NCBI GenBank assembly: GCA_977862235.1
Contig: OZ374561.1
Coordinates: 620,001 to 684,000 of the forward strand
DNA: 64,000 nt
Direction: 5' to 3'
DNA from: Dudresnaya verticillata
Taxonomy: Eukaryota
Below, in pieces: positions 24,801 to 34,778 of this stretch. The translations under genes were made by a program, and so were the position numbers. Position 1 is the stretch's first letter. The number at the start of each line of letters is the position of its first letter. Below the pieces are notes generated by a model. That model saw only the letters and a program-made list of their open reading frames with translations, was not told the DNA's origin and made no database searches.

Positions 24801-25105
24801 TGAAGAATGGCGAAGAAGTCGAAGGTCTGATCAAATGGCTTTCTTCCTATCGCTCAAATGAGCAGCAACTCAAGAAAAACATCAGGACTCGGAAGGAACA
24901 CATCTTGGTGCATATCGTTGAGGAAGCGAAGCGCATTGAGGCGGCCGAGCTTGAAGCGCAAAAGGCTGATGAATCTGAGCCTGAAGTTGTTCCAAGGCAA
25001 ACTCGTGCTGGAAAGCGGAGAGCAGACAGCAGGTCTAAGACATCGAAAGCGAAGAAGACGAAACCCACCGGAACGTTTTTGGACTACCGCAACCTAGAAA
25101 AGTGA
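21803..25105 (+). CDS. DDT + WHIM1 + WSD (WHIM2/3) domain protein, ISWI-complex accessory subunit, 1100 aa
   Basis: GDMLQLWEFVNAFSKTLRLSSF..FEQAI (DDT), LEPAERLRIIRELVD (WHIM1), coiled coil, RTHPIGTDREDRCYWFF...W...EEVEGLIKWL...EQQLK (WSD). Long low-complexity N-terminal half. First ATG at 21803. Confidence 0.85.
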   Translation: MDIKNILNQPERRGAQDTPAATSAANPIASPAAATTANAPADTHPSAMPDRHSVPGSKPPPARYPFQSSSLPPPPPPPLPTMRAPPPPPPPQQIVYTGPVYQLQPALEVRHLGNAIHYRYAPYSTYDHPRHMDYTVYQEYAEIPRHPYHDAPADGRHPATMDAVAADLPSPPRVRRRHSGEYASAAGAASSRHDGQMPRGGYGYDRSPPSLSRQPPQRRFRPSGSGYSRSYSPPPPAPTRPFRRAGLPSAYAVPSGSASRGNAHEPASEVDGRFLRERQGGGADSGRGGEASGDRTGGADSARDHYAQQEQFVSYVSYRGPAYAPRHAFPPRRAVRDLRTYNHGPHDTPRARRAAYADSDRRPTRIDARASAERLYGEKPADNLEHAHDEHIPRDFDDDFSDDSPIMPEFRARKRQRAGRADNGRRSSAPSSSRDASDNATAAAHEEASDRYSQYEQGFRTASVERDRPRKKRSNSGQGLATLRVGKGAKDGRMRKKGDVIVSGRTTQASSEVWSRNKTNVSAKNLVKQEVHVDEKNSDKTMEEKNESPVSVEDGSVGGVQDEDDEKDSGLTETDNSSSSRDSVVVRVEDESAVASEHDATSSHEHEQEIARRRKERRLNALRKKIILARAADPDEPYPETHQEFSGVPVTAIGDMLQLWEFVNAFSKTLRLSSFPLRYFEQAIVHDQRSTLLDTCIIRLVRAILADRDLVTELGISDATVKTLTGKATKNLAAQILASLPGFLSFEAEDEEEDYFLHASVSKLGKSSDKWAFYTVLEPAERLRIIRELVDYVAMTDVLRECVVDSMEHAEEEKRKAKEENAANRKKLESQLKEMKAELLDYRVKNGLVDPPADSDKEKATQPTSKEQTESAEESGTGAEKEESLSRKQKLLVAKREREVEEDRRVKERGADAIIAKMEKVRTQLKSLKNIRLRNRSGCRDGDLFDGSVASPAMPFTALHEDPVRTHPIGTDREDRCYWFFEGSGRIWIEDTKSGEWCFLKNGEEVEGLIKWLSSYRSNEQQLKKNIRTRKEHILVHIVEEAKRIEAAELEAQKADESEPEVVPRQTRAGKRRADSRSKTSKAKKTKPTGTFLDYRNLEK

Positions 25106-25184
25106 AATCCTTCTAACACGAGTTAACTTGTAAATACACATGGCGCTGATGCGCTCCTGTGACATGACACCGAATACTAAGGGA

Positions 25185-25547
25185 TCACAGGGGTGCGGTT
25201 AGCGTAGGGCCGTTATCCGGCGGCGCCATACCTGCAGCGGCATCCGCTTCAGCCTGTGAGTATGGCTTCTCCTTGAGCTCCTTGAGTCGAATTTTGTGCT
25301 TCTTAGTGCGTTTGTGTTGGTTGAGCACATCGACCGAGACGAAATAGCGAGCACACTCAACGCAGTAGTGCTGTCCCATGCCCGGAAGGTCGAAGTCTAT
25401 CGGCTGGTCCGTGCGCAAGGCCTCAGCGCGTAGCGGGTCTGCAAGGTCGTCAGCGATTTGATCGAGCGCGCGGGAGAGCGTTCGCTTGCGCCGACTCCGC
25501 TTGTGGCTCCCCTTGCCCTTCGTCACTCTTCCCACACCAGAACCCAT
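25185..25547 (-). CDS. ZNF593: Bud20/ZNF593 zinc-finger ribosome-biogenesis factor, 120 aa
   Basis: LDQIADDL, DLPGMGQHYCVECARYF, H..TKKHK.RLKELKEKPYSQAEADAAAG. ATG at 25547. Confidence 0.92.
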   Translation of the reverse strand: MGSGVGRVTKGKGSHKRSRRKRTLSRALDQIADDLADPLRAEALRTDQPIDFDLPGMGQHYCVECARYFVSVDVLNQHKRTKKHKIRLKELKEKPYSQAEADAAAGMAPPDNGPTLTAPL

Positions 25548-28500
25548 GATCGGAGAGGCTCTAGCGGTCGGCTGCGCAGGAGCGAACCACAAACGAAACT
25601 TCCCTTCACAAGTTCGCGGTCGAAAGCGCTGGGGGCGGGTCACCCTGAGGAACGCCCTGGTCAAGGGTTCTCTTGGACAGGCGTAAAGGTCGTCGTCATC
25701 CCGACGACGACGACGAAAGCAGCAGTGTTCCAGATACTGTTCGACTTGCGATTCGACCACTCTATTTCAGGCTGCTGCCGAAATACTCTAATTTGAGGTC
25801 GAAAAACAGAAGGGAATATCGGGAAAATGTTCCCAACATTACACACAAGAAACAGCCAATCGTACGCAACCCCCACAATTACAGTAGACCGGTCGACATA
25901 GATGGCCCAAACTGCACAAACAGCAGTTTGCTGTCAAAAAGGAGTGTTCAATCTGGTCTCAAGCGAAAGGTTTGCATCACGAGCATCTGGTGAAGTTCGT
26001 GCTCCAACCCTTACCGGGGTAAAGTGCTACGCTTGGATTGCCGTCCCCATCAAGGGGGTCATGATGAACTTCTACTTTGTTTTCTCTCCGGCTTCTTTCA
26101 ATCGATGTGGGCTGAAGACGGCCCTTTTTGAGGATACGTGTCCAAAGCAGGGCTCCTCTTCTCGCTACAGTAGCGTCAAATATGTGCAGTCCGGTCGAAA
26201 AAGCTTTGCGAAGCTGTACAACACATCTGTGCGACTACTTAGTCCTTAACACCGGCTGTTGTCTCACGAGATTTTAAATGCTACGGTGACCTGGGAAGCA
26301 GAAAGATCAAAGGTCTCGTGCAGTTCACTCTCAGTTTCAAGATACTGCGGACAAGAGTGTTCGCCATGGCCTTTGCTGTGTCAATAGAAGCTGTTGCCTT
26401 TTCCTCAATCCCTATAAATTGACAGCGACAGGACGTTTGAACAGTTGATCATCGCTCTCCATCTGGAACAACCACACACACGTGCCGAAGTCAACAAGCG
26501 GTACACTGCTTGCATTCTTACACCTCCTATGAAGAGAGTCCAACGAGGAAGAACACTACAAACGCAGAGAATGCAGTTAAGTTATAACAATTCATGCCTA
26601 GGCAAAAGATATTCAACCTGCTCTGATTCACAGCTTGCTGTATGCGTGATGCATTGCGCGTGCCAGAGACGGTACGTTCTTATGCTTGTGGCTGACGACA
26701 GAGTACATTCGGCATGGGAGAGGATCCGTGTATGTCGTGGATTGAGAACCTATGTTGCACCTGCGTGTGGTCCTTTGTACACATCCTTCCATTAGTCATT
26801 CTGACAAACCAGAATTGCTATTCCGTCGCCTGGTGACCAAACTCAGGAAGCGGGAGCGCAACGTCTCTTGGAACAGGCGGTTGGTCCAAAACACGTACCA
26901 ATGCTCAAGCATAGTTTCGACATCATGGTGCCGAAGGAGTCTGCTTCTCGATACGGCCCCTGTGCCGGTCTACAGTACCTCTTAAATTGTATCGTCATGC
27001 GTTCGTACCTGCAGCAATGGGCACGAACACGATGTGTTGCAAGAAGTGCCGGTGGTGATGCAGGATTAGAATGTTTGAGTACCACTGTTGCCCTCTTCAT
27101 AAGCTGAAAGGGGAACGACTCGTAACGTGACTGCGGTGCATGAACAAACTGACCTGGACAGTATGGTCTAGCTGCTTGGTCCTCTTGTGGCTGCACTGAA
27201 CTGCACTTTTCGCCTCACTAAGCCTATTTAAACTGCCGAAAGCAGCACCTTGGTGCAGAGCCAATAGATGGTTTTGATCTGGAAGCAGCGCAGGACGACA
27301 GGGGAGCCTTTTTGTCCCCAGTCGCCCAGTGCCTAGAAGATGTGAAGGGACCTCTAAGATCCTGGATGCGAATTTGGTTGTGGTACATGCCTCTTATGAA
27401 TTCCGGCTCGCAAGCTGCCAATGCCTATGGTACACAGTGCTTTTATGTCTTAGTTCTTTTCCAAGCAGCCCATGTCGTCAGCAGAGTGCGACAAATACTG
27501 TTAACCAAAACCTCTCGTTAACAGTAAGGCTTTGTTGCATTCCTCCTCTGGCCGGGCTTGCCGCGGTGATACTGTACTGCAAATTGTGTACTGCTGATAG
27601 CGTTAGGGAATTAGCTATTATCCTTGGCGGAGGCAACGCCAAAAGCTCCACAGGATGCTGCAACAAAACCGTGCAAAACTGTTCTCATCGTTGGAATAGA
27701 TGTTTCTCTTTGGTCTCACTTTAGGCTTCTAGGCTTGCTCCTATGCAGAATTGAGATGATTTTGTCTCGAATTGATGCCTTGTACTGACAATGGAAGCTG
27801 TGTTGGTGCTGACTTTTTGAGGCTCATCTGTCCTTTTAAACTGTAGTAAGGATGAAGGGTCCAAATGCACAAGACTTTTCTCACATCAACAAACATTGGA
27901 TGAGAAAAGATTGGCTGAGAGGTGACGACCATGATAGGGCTTGGGTTTCTTTTTCTCTGGAGCGAGTGTTACAGGGGCTGTATTTAGAATGACACCCGTC
28001 GAGCATGGATTTTCTATTCCAGGCCAGTTGGATTAGTTGGCTAGGGACAAAACACTGTAACTGGCGCAGGCAGGCATGCAAGTGTGTGTATCCAGCCAGT
28101 AAGGCATGCGAGGCTTCCAGCGAAGACCAGACACGAAAGTCGTAGTCTACAGTATACGTTCTTGCAAAATACAACTGCGCCAAGGTACACGTGGGGAAAG
28201 AATTTGATTACCAGTAGGGTTATATGTCCCTTTCATTGCGAGACGTATCGAGAGGGAACGGCTCAACAGTTATGTCATGCCTGGTCGGTGCCGCAGCGTT
28301 GAAAGCACTGTGCTCAACGCGTGCCCAGCGACCTGTGAATTAGAGGAGAAGGAGTTTGACAAGACGCTTCTCGATACGCCCCTTATGCGTACAGTAGCAG
28401 CTGCGCCCATGCCCGGCGCATAACGGCCAGCGCGTGCACCAGAGTTGCATACACGCGCGGCGCAGGCGCTGAGTGTGCGGGTGGGCGCGCGAGCGGGGCA

Positions 28501-30177
28501 GGAGGGGCAAAAGTGGGGTTGGGCTTGGGCTTGAGCAGCGAAACGCCACGCCGACGCGGTGCGGAAAAACAAAATGCGGGGGTATGATGGGAGGCTGCTT
28601 GAAGCGCGAGCGGGGCACTGTCGGCGCAAGCCAGGTATGGCCGGTGCGGATGCGCCGCGCGGCAGCGAGCGGGGGCGCAGCGTGAGCACGGGCGGCCACG
28701 CGGTGATGCGTGTGTGATGAGTCGTGTGCGTGCGTATGCAGGCTCGAGCGGGCATGTCGTGTTAGTTTCGCCTGTTAGCAGGGACGCGGGCGGTGGGAGC
28801 AGGCTGCGACTGGAGCTGGGCGCGGGCTCAGCGAGGACGCAATGCGCTGTCACTTTGAGGTTTGCCGCGCGGTCAGATGAGCTGGCCAGGCAGGACAGCC
28901 GCGTGTGGAAGCTGCGGTCGGGTGTCGGCGCGGGGCGCTATTTTGCTGGAAAGGGCGGTTTCGACGGGCGTCAGGCGGCGGGAGAGGGCCAATTGGGGAC
29001 CCGGAGGCGGCTACTCGCGACGGGGAGCTGTCGCAGGCTGCTCCGGGAGACTCTGGAACACGGCGGTGGGTAGGGAAGCGGGAGGTGAACGTGTCGGGTG
29101 TGTGTGCTCGTTTGTTGTAAGGGAGGGTTTACGCCCTGCGGCGCGCGAATGGAGTCGTTTTGGGAACGAAGGTCATCGCAAACGACTCGAGGATGGTCGT
29201 CTGTTGGTCGGCCGGGCGCGCGGCGAGCTCGACGGCGGCGGTGCTCCGAGGCCAGCAGGTGCGCCCGAGTATACCGCATAGTGCGCGGTGAGCGCGGAAG
29301 TGGAAAGCAACTCGCTCGGCTCCAAAATTCGAACACGGGCGGGGCCAGCGGCGCACTACGAGCGGAGGCGGGAGCGCGCGCACACGCGCGCGAGGGGGCA
29401 GCGAAGCGATGCGGCAGCGGCGGCGGTGAAGGGGACGCCGGCGGAACGTCAGCGGCGGCAGCTGACACGCAAGCGGACCAGATATTATCTCTATTCGACG
29501 CCCCCCGCGATGGCGCGCCGAGATCGAATCGCGCGCCCGGTGAAGGGCCGTTGGTTGCGTGGCGCGCCGCTTGCGCACGGCGCGCGCGCCCGTGGAAGCG
29601 CCAAACCCGCGCGATGTGCCACGCTGCGCGCGCGTGCGCGCCAAGTGTCCCGCCGCGGTTGACGCGCGCGCGGCCCGCCCCGATCACGCCAGCGCGCGCC
29701 GCAACATCTCGCGCGCCTGAGATGAAGCCGCTCCGCCCCCGCCCCTGCCCCGCGGCCCGCCCCCCCGGCCCGCCGCGCGTGACGTTCCGCCCCCGCCGCC
29801 CCGCCACGCGCCGCGCGCACGAGTCCGCGCCGTCGCCCGCAGCCGCGCGCCGCCTTAAGAACCCCTCGCTCGTCCGACACTCGTCCTCCCCCCCCGTCCT
29901 CCACCATCCGCCCCCCCGCCATCCGCCCCCCGTCGCCCCACCCCCCGCTACCCGTGTGAACCCGTGTCCGCACTGTTCCCCCGCCTCCTGCTTCCCCCGC
30001 CCTCCCCGCTTCCGCTCCCCCCCCGTCCAACACACACACACTCACATCACACATCATACCCCGTCCAAGCAACCTTCCGCCCTGGCCGTGTTACGCCCGC
30101 CCACTCGCCGCCGCTCCGCCCCGCCACCCGCGGCGCAATTCGCCCCGCGCGCATACCCTGCCTCGCCGCCCGTCGCC

Positions 30178-30462
30178 ATGTCCGAGACCTACACCACCCC
30201 GGACGACTGGTTGCTGACGCACCACGCCCGCGACGCAGTCGCCGTCCCAGATGACGCAAACTACTCGTGTGGTCTTCAGAAGGACCACTCCGTCCCGATA
30301 GACACCCTCTTCCGCTCGCGTTGCGTGCCTCGTCCGCAACAGCGACGCTCCACCACGTCGCGCACTTCGCAGCAGTGCAAATCTATGCCCAACCCGGCCC
30401 CGCCTCCGCAGCAGCCTAAGATGCAGCAACAGCTCGACCCCTCCTCGGTCCGCCTTAACTAG
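30178..30462 (+). CDS. Hypothetical small protein, 94 aa (orphan)
   Basis: Good start context (gtcgccATGtcc), GC3-rich codons, non-repetitive first ~50 aa. Preceded by a CpG domain and C-rich leader like recognised genes in this window, and followed by a pyrimidine tract. Confidence 0.55.
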   Translation: MSETYTTPDDWLLTHHARDAVAVPDDANYSCGLQKDHSVPIDTLFRSRCVPRPQQRRSTTSRTSQQCKSMPNPAPPPQQPKMQQQLDPSSVRLN

Positions 30463-32197
30463 CCCTCCTTCCCCTTCCTCCTCCTTCTCCCTCCCTCTTT
30501 CTCTTCCCCTTCCCCTTCCCCCCCCCCTTCCTTTCGCCCCCAATCTCCGCAAGTGTGCCCACTATCTCGGGCTGCGTGCGATGTACTAACTGTGCGTTTT
30601 ATGCTGGAATATGGTGGACACGGACTGGCTTTTCGACGCGTGGCAGGGTATGCTCGAGTACTTGGATGTTGATGGGAGGTGCCCCACACATGCCAGGCTA
30701 GGTGGTGACAGTGTACACTGCGATTGGAAAACGTAGCAGAGTGCTGCGTGCGAAGAGCATGAGTGTTTCCGGTGAGGATTGAATGACTGGCTTGTTTGGA
30801 AAAGGAGACACTCTGTCGACGGTACTGCTTGGATGTGGTAGACGGTGTTACTCGGAACCGCGAGTGCAACTGGCCGATGCTAAAACGGCGTAGGCATACA
30901 GTATGCCAGTGGTTGTAGTAGTACCATTGTCTGGAGACACCACCGTTTGTCTGTCCGATGACCTGTTTGTTTGTGTGTATGTATTCGTGTGTTTGCCGTC
31001 CTGGCGGTCGGTGAAGCACATCGCAGGATGTATATGCCATTAGGATGTGTATGGGAGAACGACTAGAGAGTAAAAGACATACTGTAACACTAAGTGACTA
31101 CATCACGCCTTGCTCCCCCTCTCAATCTACATACACGCGGGACTACGTCCCGGCACGGGCTCGGCAACACGCGGCGTCACAACAGTCGCGACGATGCGAC
31201 CACAGAAATCTTGAGAGGTGCGCTGAACGGCGCATAGTATCCGATGGCCGCAATCAGCCGGAAAGATTCTACAGCTAACCGGCACAACGGCTGACAATGT
31301 CAGACGGTGCAAATGTCATGCAATTGTGCTCACACATGTGGCACATGGGCAGGACTGCTCTGTACTGCGGAGAGGGTGTGTGCGAGAGGGTGGGGCAGTC
31401 GGAAAGGCGAGCGCCACAGGTTGCTCGTCGTGGAGGTTTGGAATGGAACATCTCGGCCATCTCGATGAGATTCACAACAACCGTTGCGCACCGCAGATTT
31501 GGGGAGCAGGCTGGGATTCACGTGATGAGCACTCGATGACGCTGGAAAGGTCCTGGAACTGCCACCGTCTGTGGAGACTGTCATCGCGGGAGCGCAGAGC
31601 TGTGATGCAGCCGCCGTCATCATCATCTCACACACCTGGCGGGCTGACGGGAGGCGTGGTGGCGGAACATACAGATTGGGTGGCGGTTGGCGTAACGGCC
31701 CGGCTTTTCACAACCTTTCTGCAAAATCGTCGAAAAGTTTGAAACGTTTCAGACGTTTCGTTCTCGACTTTTCTACATTACAGTACAACCAGGCAAATAA
31801 CTGTAATGTGCGTATATATGATTCGAACTATTTCTCCTTCGGTCGCAATGCAGAAAGCCAGTGAGGGTCGCCGAGGGGAGAGAGTGGCTCCGGAGCATGT
31901 TGATTGCAACTAGGCGCCCCTCGCACCGTGCACGACACTTGCCATCGTGCTTGTCCCAATGGCCTCTGCACACAAACCAAGCAACACTACCTCCCTCTGG
32001 GCCGCCCCGCCTCACTCGCACCTTCGCGGGCGCGTAGAGACCGCGCCGCAGAGCCGCAGCTGCGTTGCGCGCCCGTGAGCGCGGCCGCCAAACGCGCGCA
32101 CTTCCGAATCGCACGCGGCCTCAACCCAGTCCGCCGCATCCCTCCATGCGCGCCCCGCCCGCCCTGCCCACATACCCCGCAGACTGACCCGCCGCCG

Positions 32198-32228
<31 letters not shown>
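32198..32228 (+). repeat. Poly(C) tract (31 nt) ~40 nt upstream of the glycosyltransferase ATG
   Basis: Direct read. Confidence 0.85.
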
Positions 32229-32229
<1 letters not shown>

Positions 32230-32270
32230 CCGCCCTCGCCGCCCTCGCCGCCCCTCCACACCCTTCCTTC

Positions 32271-34778
32271 ATGGGCACCTCATCGCGCCCGGGAAGCCGT
32301 CGCGTTCCCCGCTCCACCGATCCTGCTCCGCCGCCCGCTCCCGGACCCGCGCGACACCACCCCCGCCAGAACCCTGCGGCGGAGAAGCAGCCCGCCGCTT
32401 ATGGGGCCCCGCTGCTCCCTACGTCTATCGCGAAGACTTCTAAGAGCACCCACTCCCCACCGCTCCTCGTCATGCTGCGCAGGTACTGGAAGAAGCTCAA
32501 CGACAAGGATGCCTCGGGCAGGCGCTCCCGCATCGCCAACATGATTGCTGCTTTCAAGATGGGTCTGTACTTCAAGGTCTTCATCACCCTAGTCCTCGTT
32601 TTACGCTACGCTTCCCATGCCTCCCAGCGAGCCTCCCCGCATGGCTCCGTCACAAGTGACAACCATTTCTATGCCATAGCCTCTGCTCCCGTCTCCCCGT
32701 CGCTTCGCATCGCAGTTGTCACTCAGACCGGATATACAGAAAACATCAAAGGCCTGCTACAATCGTTGGCTCGCGCAGATTATGACCGTGATACCGTCGC
32801 TCTGGACGTTTGGATGTTCGCGTCTTCTACCTGTGATTACTTTCCGCTCCCAATGTACCCACTTGCCTTGGCAATATTTGGGCCCTCGCGCTTCGATCAC
32901 TCGATACCTCCTGTGGTGCACTCTGTCGACTGGCCGCATGGCGAGAAGACCATAATCGCCCGCAAGTCAGAGCCCGATTGGACGGGGCTCTGGGAACCGA
33001 GCCGAGGTACAGCGAACGAAACGCTACTCTTCATAGATGGCACTACTGCCAGTGCCGTGTCCCCCAGCTTCTACCTATGGCTGAAGCAGGCGAGGCTAGC
33101 CACGAAACGTGGAATGGTTGCCAATGCTGGTGTGTTGTCTTTGGATGCTGTCAGTATCCCGGATGGCGTCCCAGCGAGCGATCGGGCAGTTTTGCTTGAA
33201 CAGTTCTTCCCATACACCTCCGCCTTCTCACCATCACAGGATGTGTGGACTACCTTCTTGAAATGGCACGCGACGCGAACCAAGATCTGGTTTGCGAGAC
33301 CCAGGCTGTCGACCGACCTGGCTGTCGGAGGATACGACGTCATCGATGCTTTACGTACGGATCCTGTACGAGCTTGGTTTGCGCAGTTTATGGAATTGTA
33401 CAAGGAGCGTGTGGTGCATCCTGTTCTGCCACAAAATGAGACACTGCTCTTGAGGGCAGAACGAACCACGGGCGTGCAGGTGGCTGGGGCAGGTAGGGAC
33501 AGCCCTGTTCATATACATCGACTGTCCGAGGTCAGCGAGAAACTCTTCGACGGAAGCCTTAAAGACGTTGCTGTTCCGGAACGGCCTGTGTTGGTCAAGT
33601 CGAATGGCAGCGTAGCAACCGCAGATGCCCCCTTTGGCATTACGGAATACAAGATTCCAGGACGGACAAGAGGAGCAAGTATTGACGATCTTGTTGACCC
33701 TTCAGCTGCAAGTGTCTATAGAGATGTCCTTCGACGAGTTGCGGAATTTGCGCGGTCCAGAGGCTCGCAGTCGATATCATTTACATTAACCACTGGTTCG
33801 TTTACAGATACGACACTCAGCTGGCTGTGCAATGTTGTTTCCTTGGATATCGTACCGCCAGCGATGGTTATTATCGCAAGTGATGACAAGGTTGCGGACA
33901 CACTCAAAAAGTTTATGCAACAGCATCCGCGCCTGGAACAGGGATCTCTGATTATTTCGATGCAAGGCGCAATCAAGGCAATCGCATACTCGTCATCTCC
34001 AGATGCCGCCCTCCATTTTGGCTCTTCGGCTTATTGGATGCTTATGCTGCAACGAACCTTCCTGCTCCGGGACTTGCTTGATCACGGCATGTCCGTGTTG
34101 CACTTTGAAACTGACCAGATATGGCTAAGTGACCCTATGCCATACGTACGCCATGAACTTCAGAATCCGGCTTCTGACGACGAAAGCGGCCAACCACAAG
34201 ATATGGTGATCACATTGAACACTAGAAGAGAAGTAGCTGGAAACTTTTTTTACCTTCGACCCACGATTGGAACCCGGAACTTGATGTCGACGGTTGTTGA
34301 CAGGTTTTACACTAGCTACCAAAAATCTTTATCCTCCCGTCGTATGCGGGAGAAGAAGTTTCACTACATTGCCAACGATCAATCGCTCCTCACAACACTT
34401 GTTTTGGGGCATGACCGTGTGTTCTTGCACAGGTTTCCTCCTGTCAAGTACAGTGTTCTAAGCGAGCAATTATTCGTTGATGGCACGTGGTTTCTGGACT
34501 TTGAAGACGAAGATGGGAAAAAGGTTGGCAAACGAAAATTCTATACAAGCGAGTCGAGCCTGTACCCAGTGATCCTGAACAACAATTTCCTCATCGGCAT
34601 TGAGAACAAAATGAAGAGAGCACAGCGTTTTGGCTTTTGGTTTTTACGGAGATCTGAAAATGACTTGACACCAATATGCGATGAGGACGCTGCGAAGAAA
34701 GCGGCAAGGTCTGGTTCGAGTAAAGAACAACGCGAAGCACCGGTAATAGAATTAGGGCGAGCACGAACTGCATTATAA
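32271..34778 (+). CDS. Type II membrane glycosyltransferase fusion: N-terminal GT-A-like domain + C-terminal nucleotide-diphospho-sugar transferase (GT77-like) domain, up to 835 aa
   Basis: Single TM (GLYFKVFITLVLVL). N-domain: LLQSLARADYD.D.V.LDVW, WPHGEK, VSPSFYLWLK. C-domain: SWLCNV, FGSSAYWMLMLQRT, VLHFETDQIWLSDP, ANDQ, NNNFLIGIENK..RAQRFGFWF. Confidence 0.8.
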   Translation: MGTSSRPGSRRVPRSTDPAPPPAPGPARHHPRQNPAAEKQPAAYGAPLLPTSIAKTSKSTHSPPLLVMLRRYWKKLNDKDASGRRSRIANMIAAFKMGLYFKVFITLVLVLRYASHASQRASPHGSVTSDNHFYAIASAPVSPSLRIAVVTQTGYTENIKGLLQSLARADYDRDTVALDVWMFASSTCDYFPLPMYPLALAIFGPSRFDHSIPPVVHSVDWPHGEKTIIARKSEPDWTGLWEPSRGTANETLLFIDGTTASAVSPSFYLWLKQARLATKRGMVANAGVLSLDAVSIPDGVPASDRAVLLEQFFPYTSAFSPSQDVWTTFLKWHATRTKIWFARPRLSTDLAVGGYDVIDALRTDPVRAWFAQFMELYKERVVHPVLPQNETLLLRAERTTGVQVAGAGRDSPVHIHRLSEVSEKLFDGSLKDVAVPERPVLVKSNGSVATADAPFGITEYKIPGRTRGASIDDLVDPSAASVYRDVLRRVAEFARSRGSQSISFTLTTGSFTDTTLSWLCNVVSLDIVPPAMVIIASDDKVADTLKKFMQQHPRLEQGSLIISMQGAIKAIAYSSSPDAALHFGSSAYWMLMLQRTFLLRDLLDHGMSVLHFETDQIWLSDPMPYVRHELQNPASDDESGQPQDMVITLNTRREVAGNFFYLRPTIGTRNLMSTVVDRFYTSYQKSLSSRRMREKKFHYIANDQSLLTTLVLGHDRVFLHRFPPVKYSVLSEQLFVDGTWFLDFEDEDGKKVGKRKFYTSESSLYPVILNNNFLIGIENKMKRAQRFGFWFLRRSENDLTPICDEDAAKKAARSGSSKEQREAPVIELGRARTAL

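Noticed and set aside
26055..26125. Possible C/D snoRNA (ATGATGA ... CTGA)
   Set aside because: Short spacing, weak terminal stem, and no convincing rRNA-complementary guide recognised.
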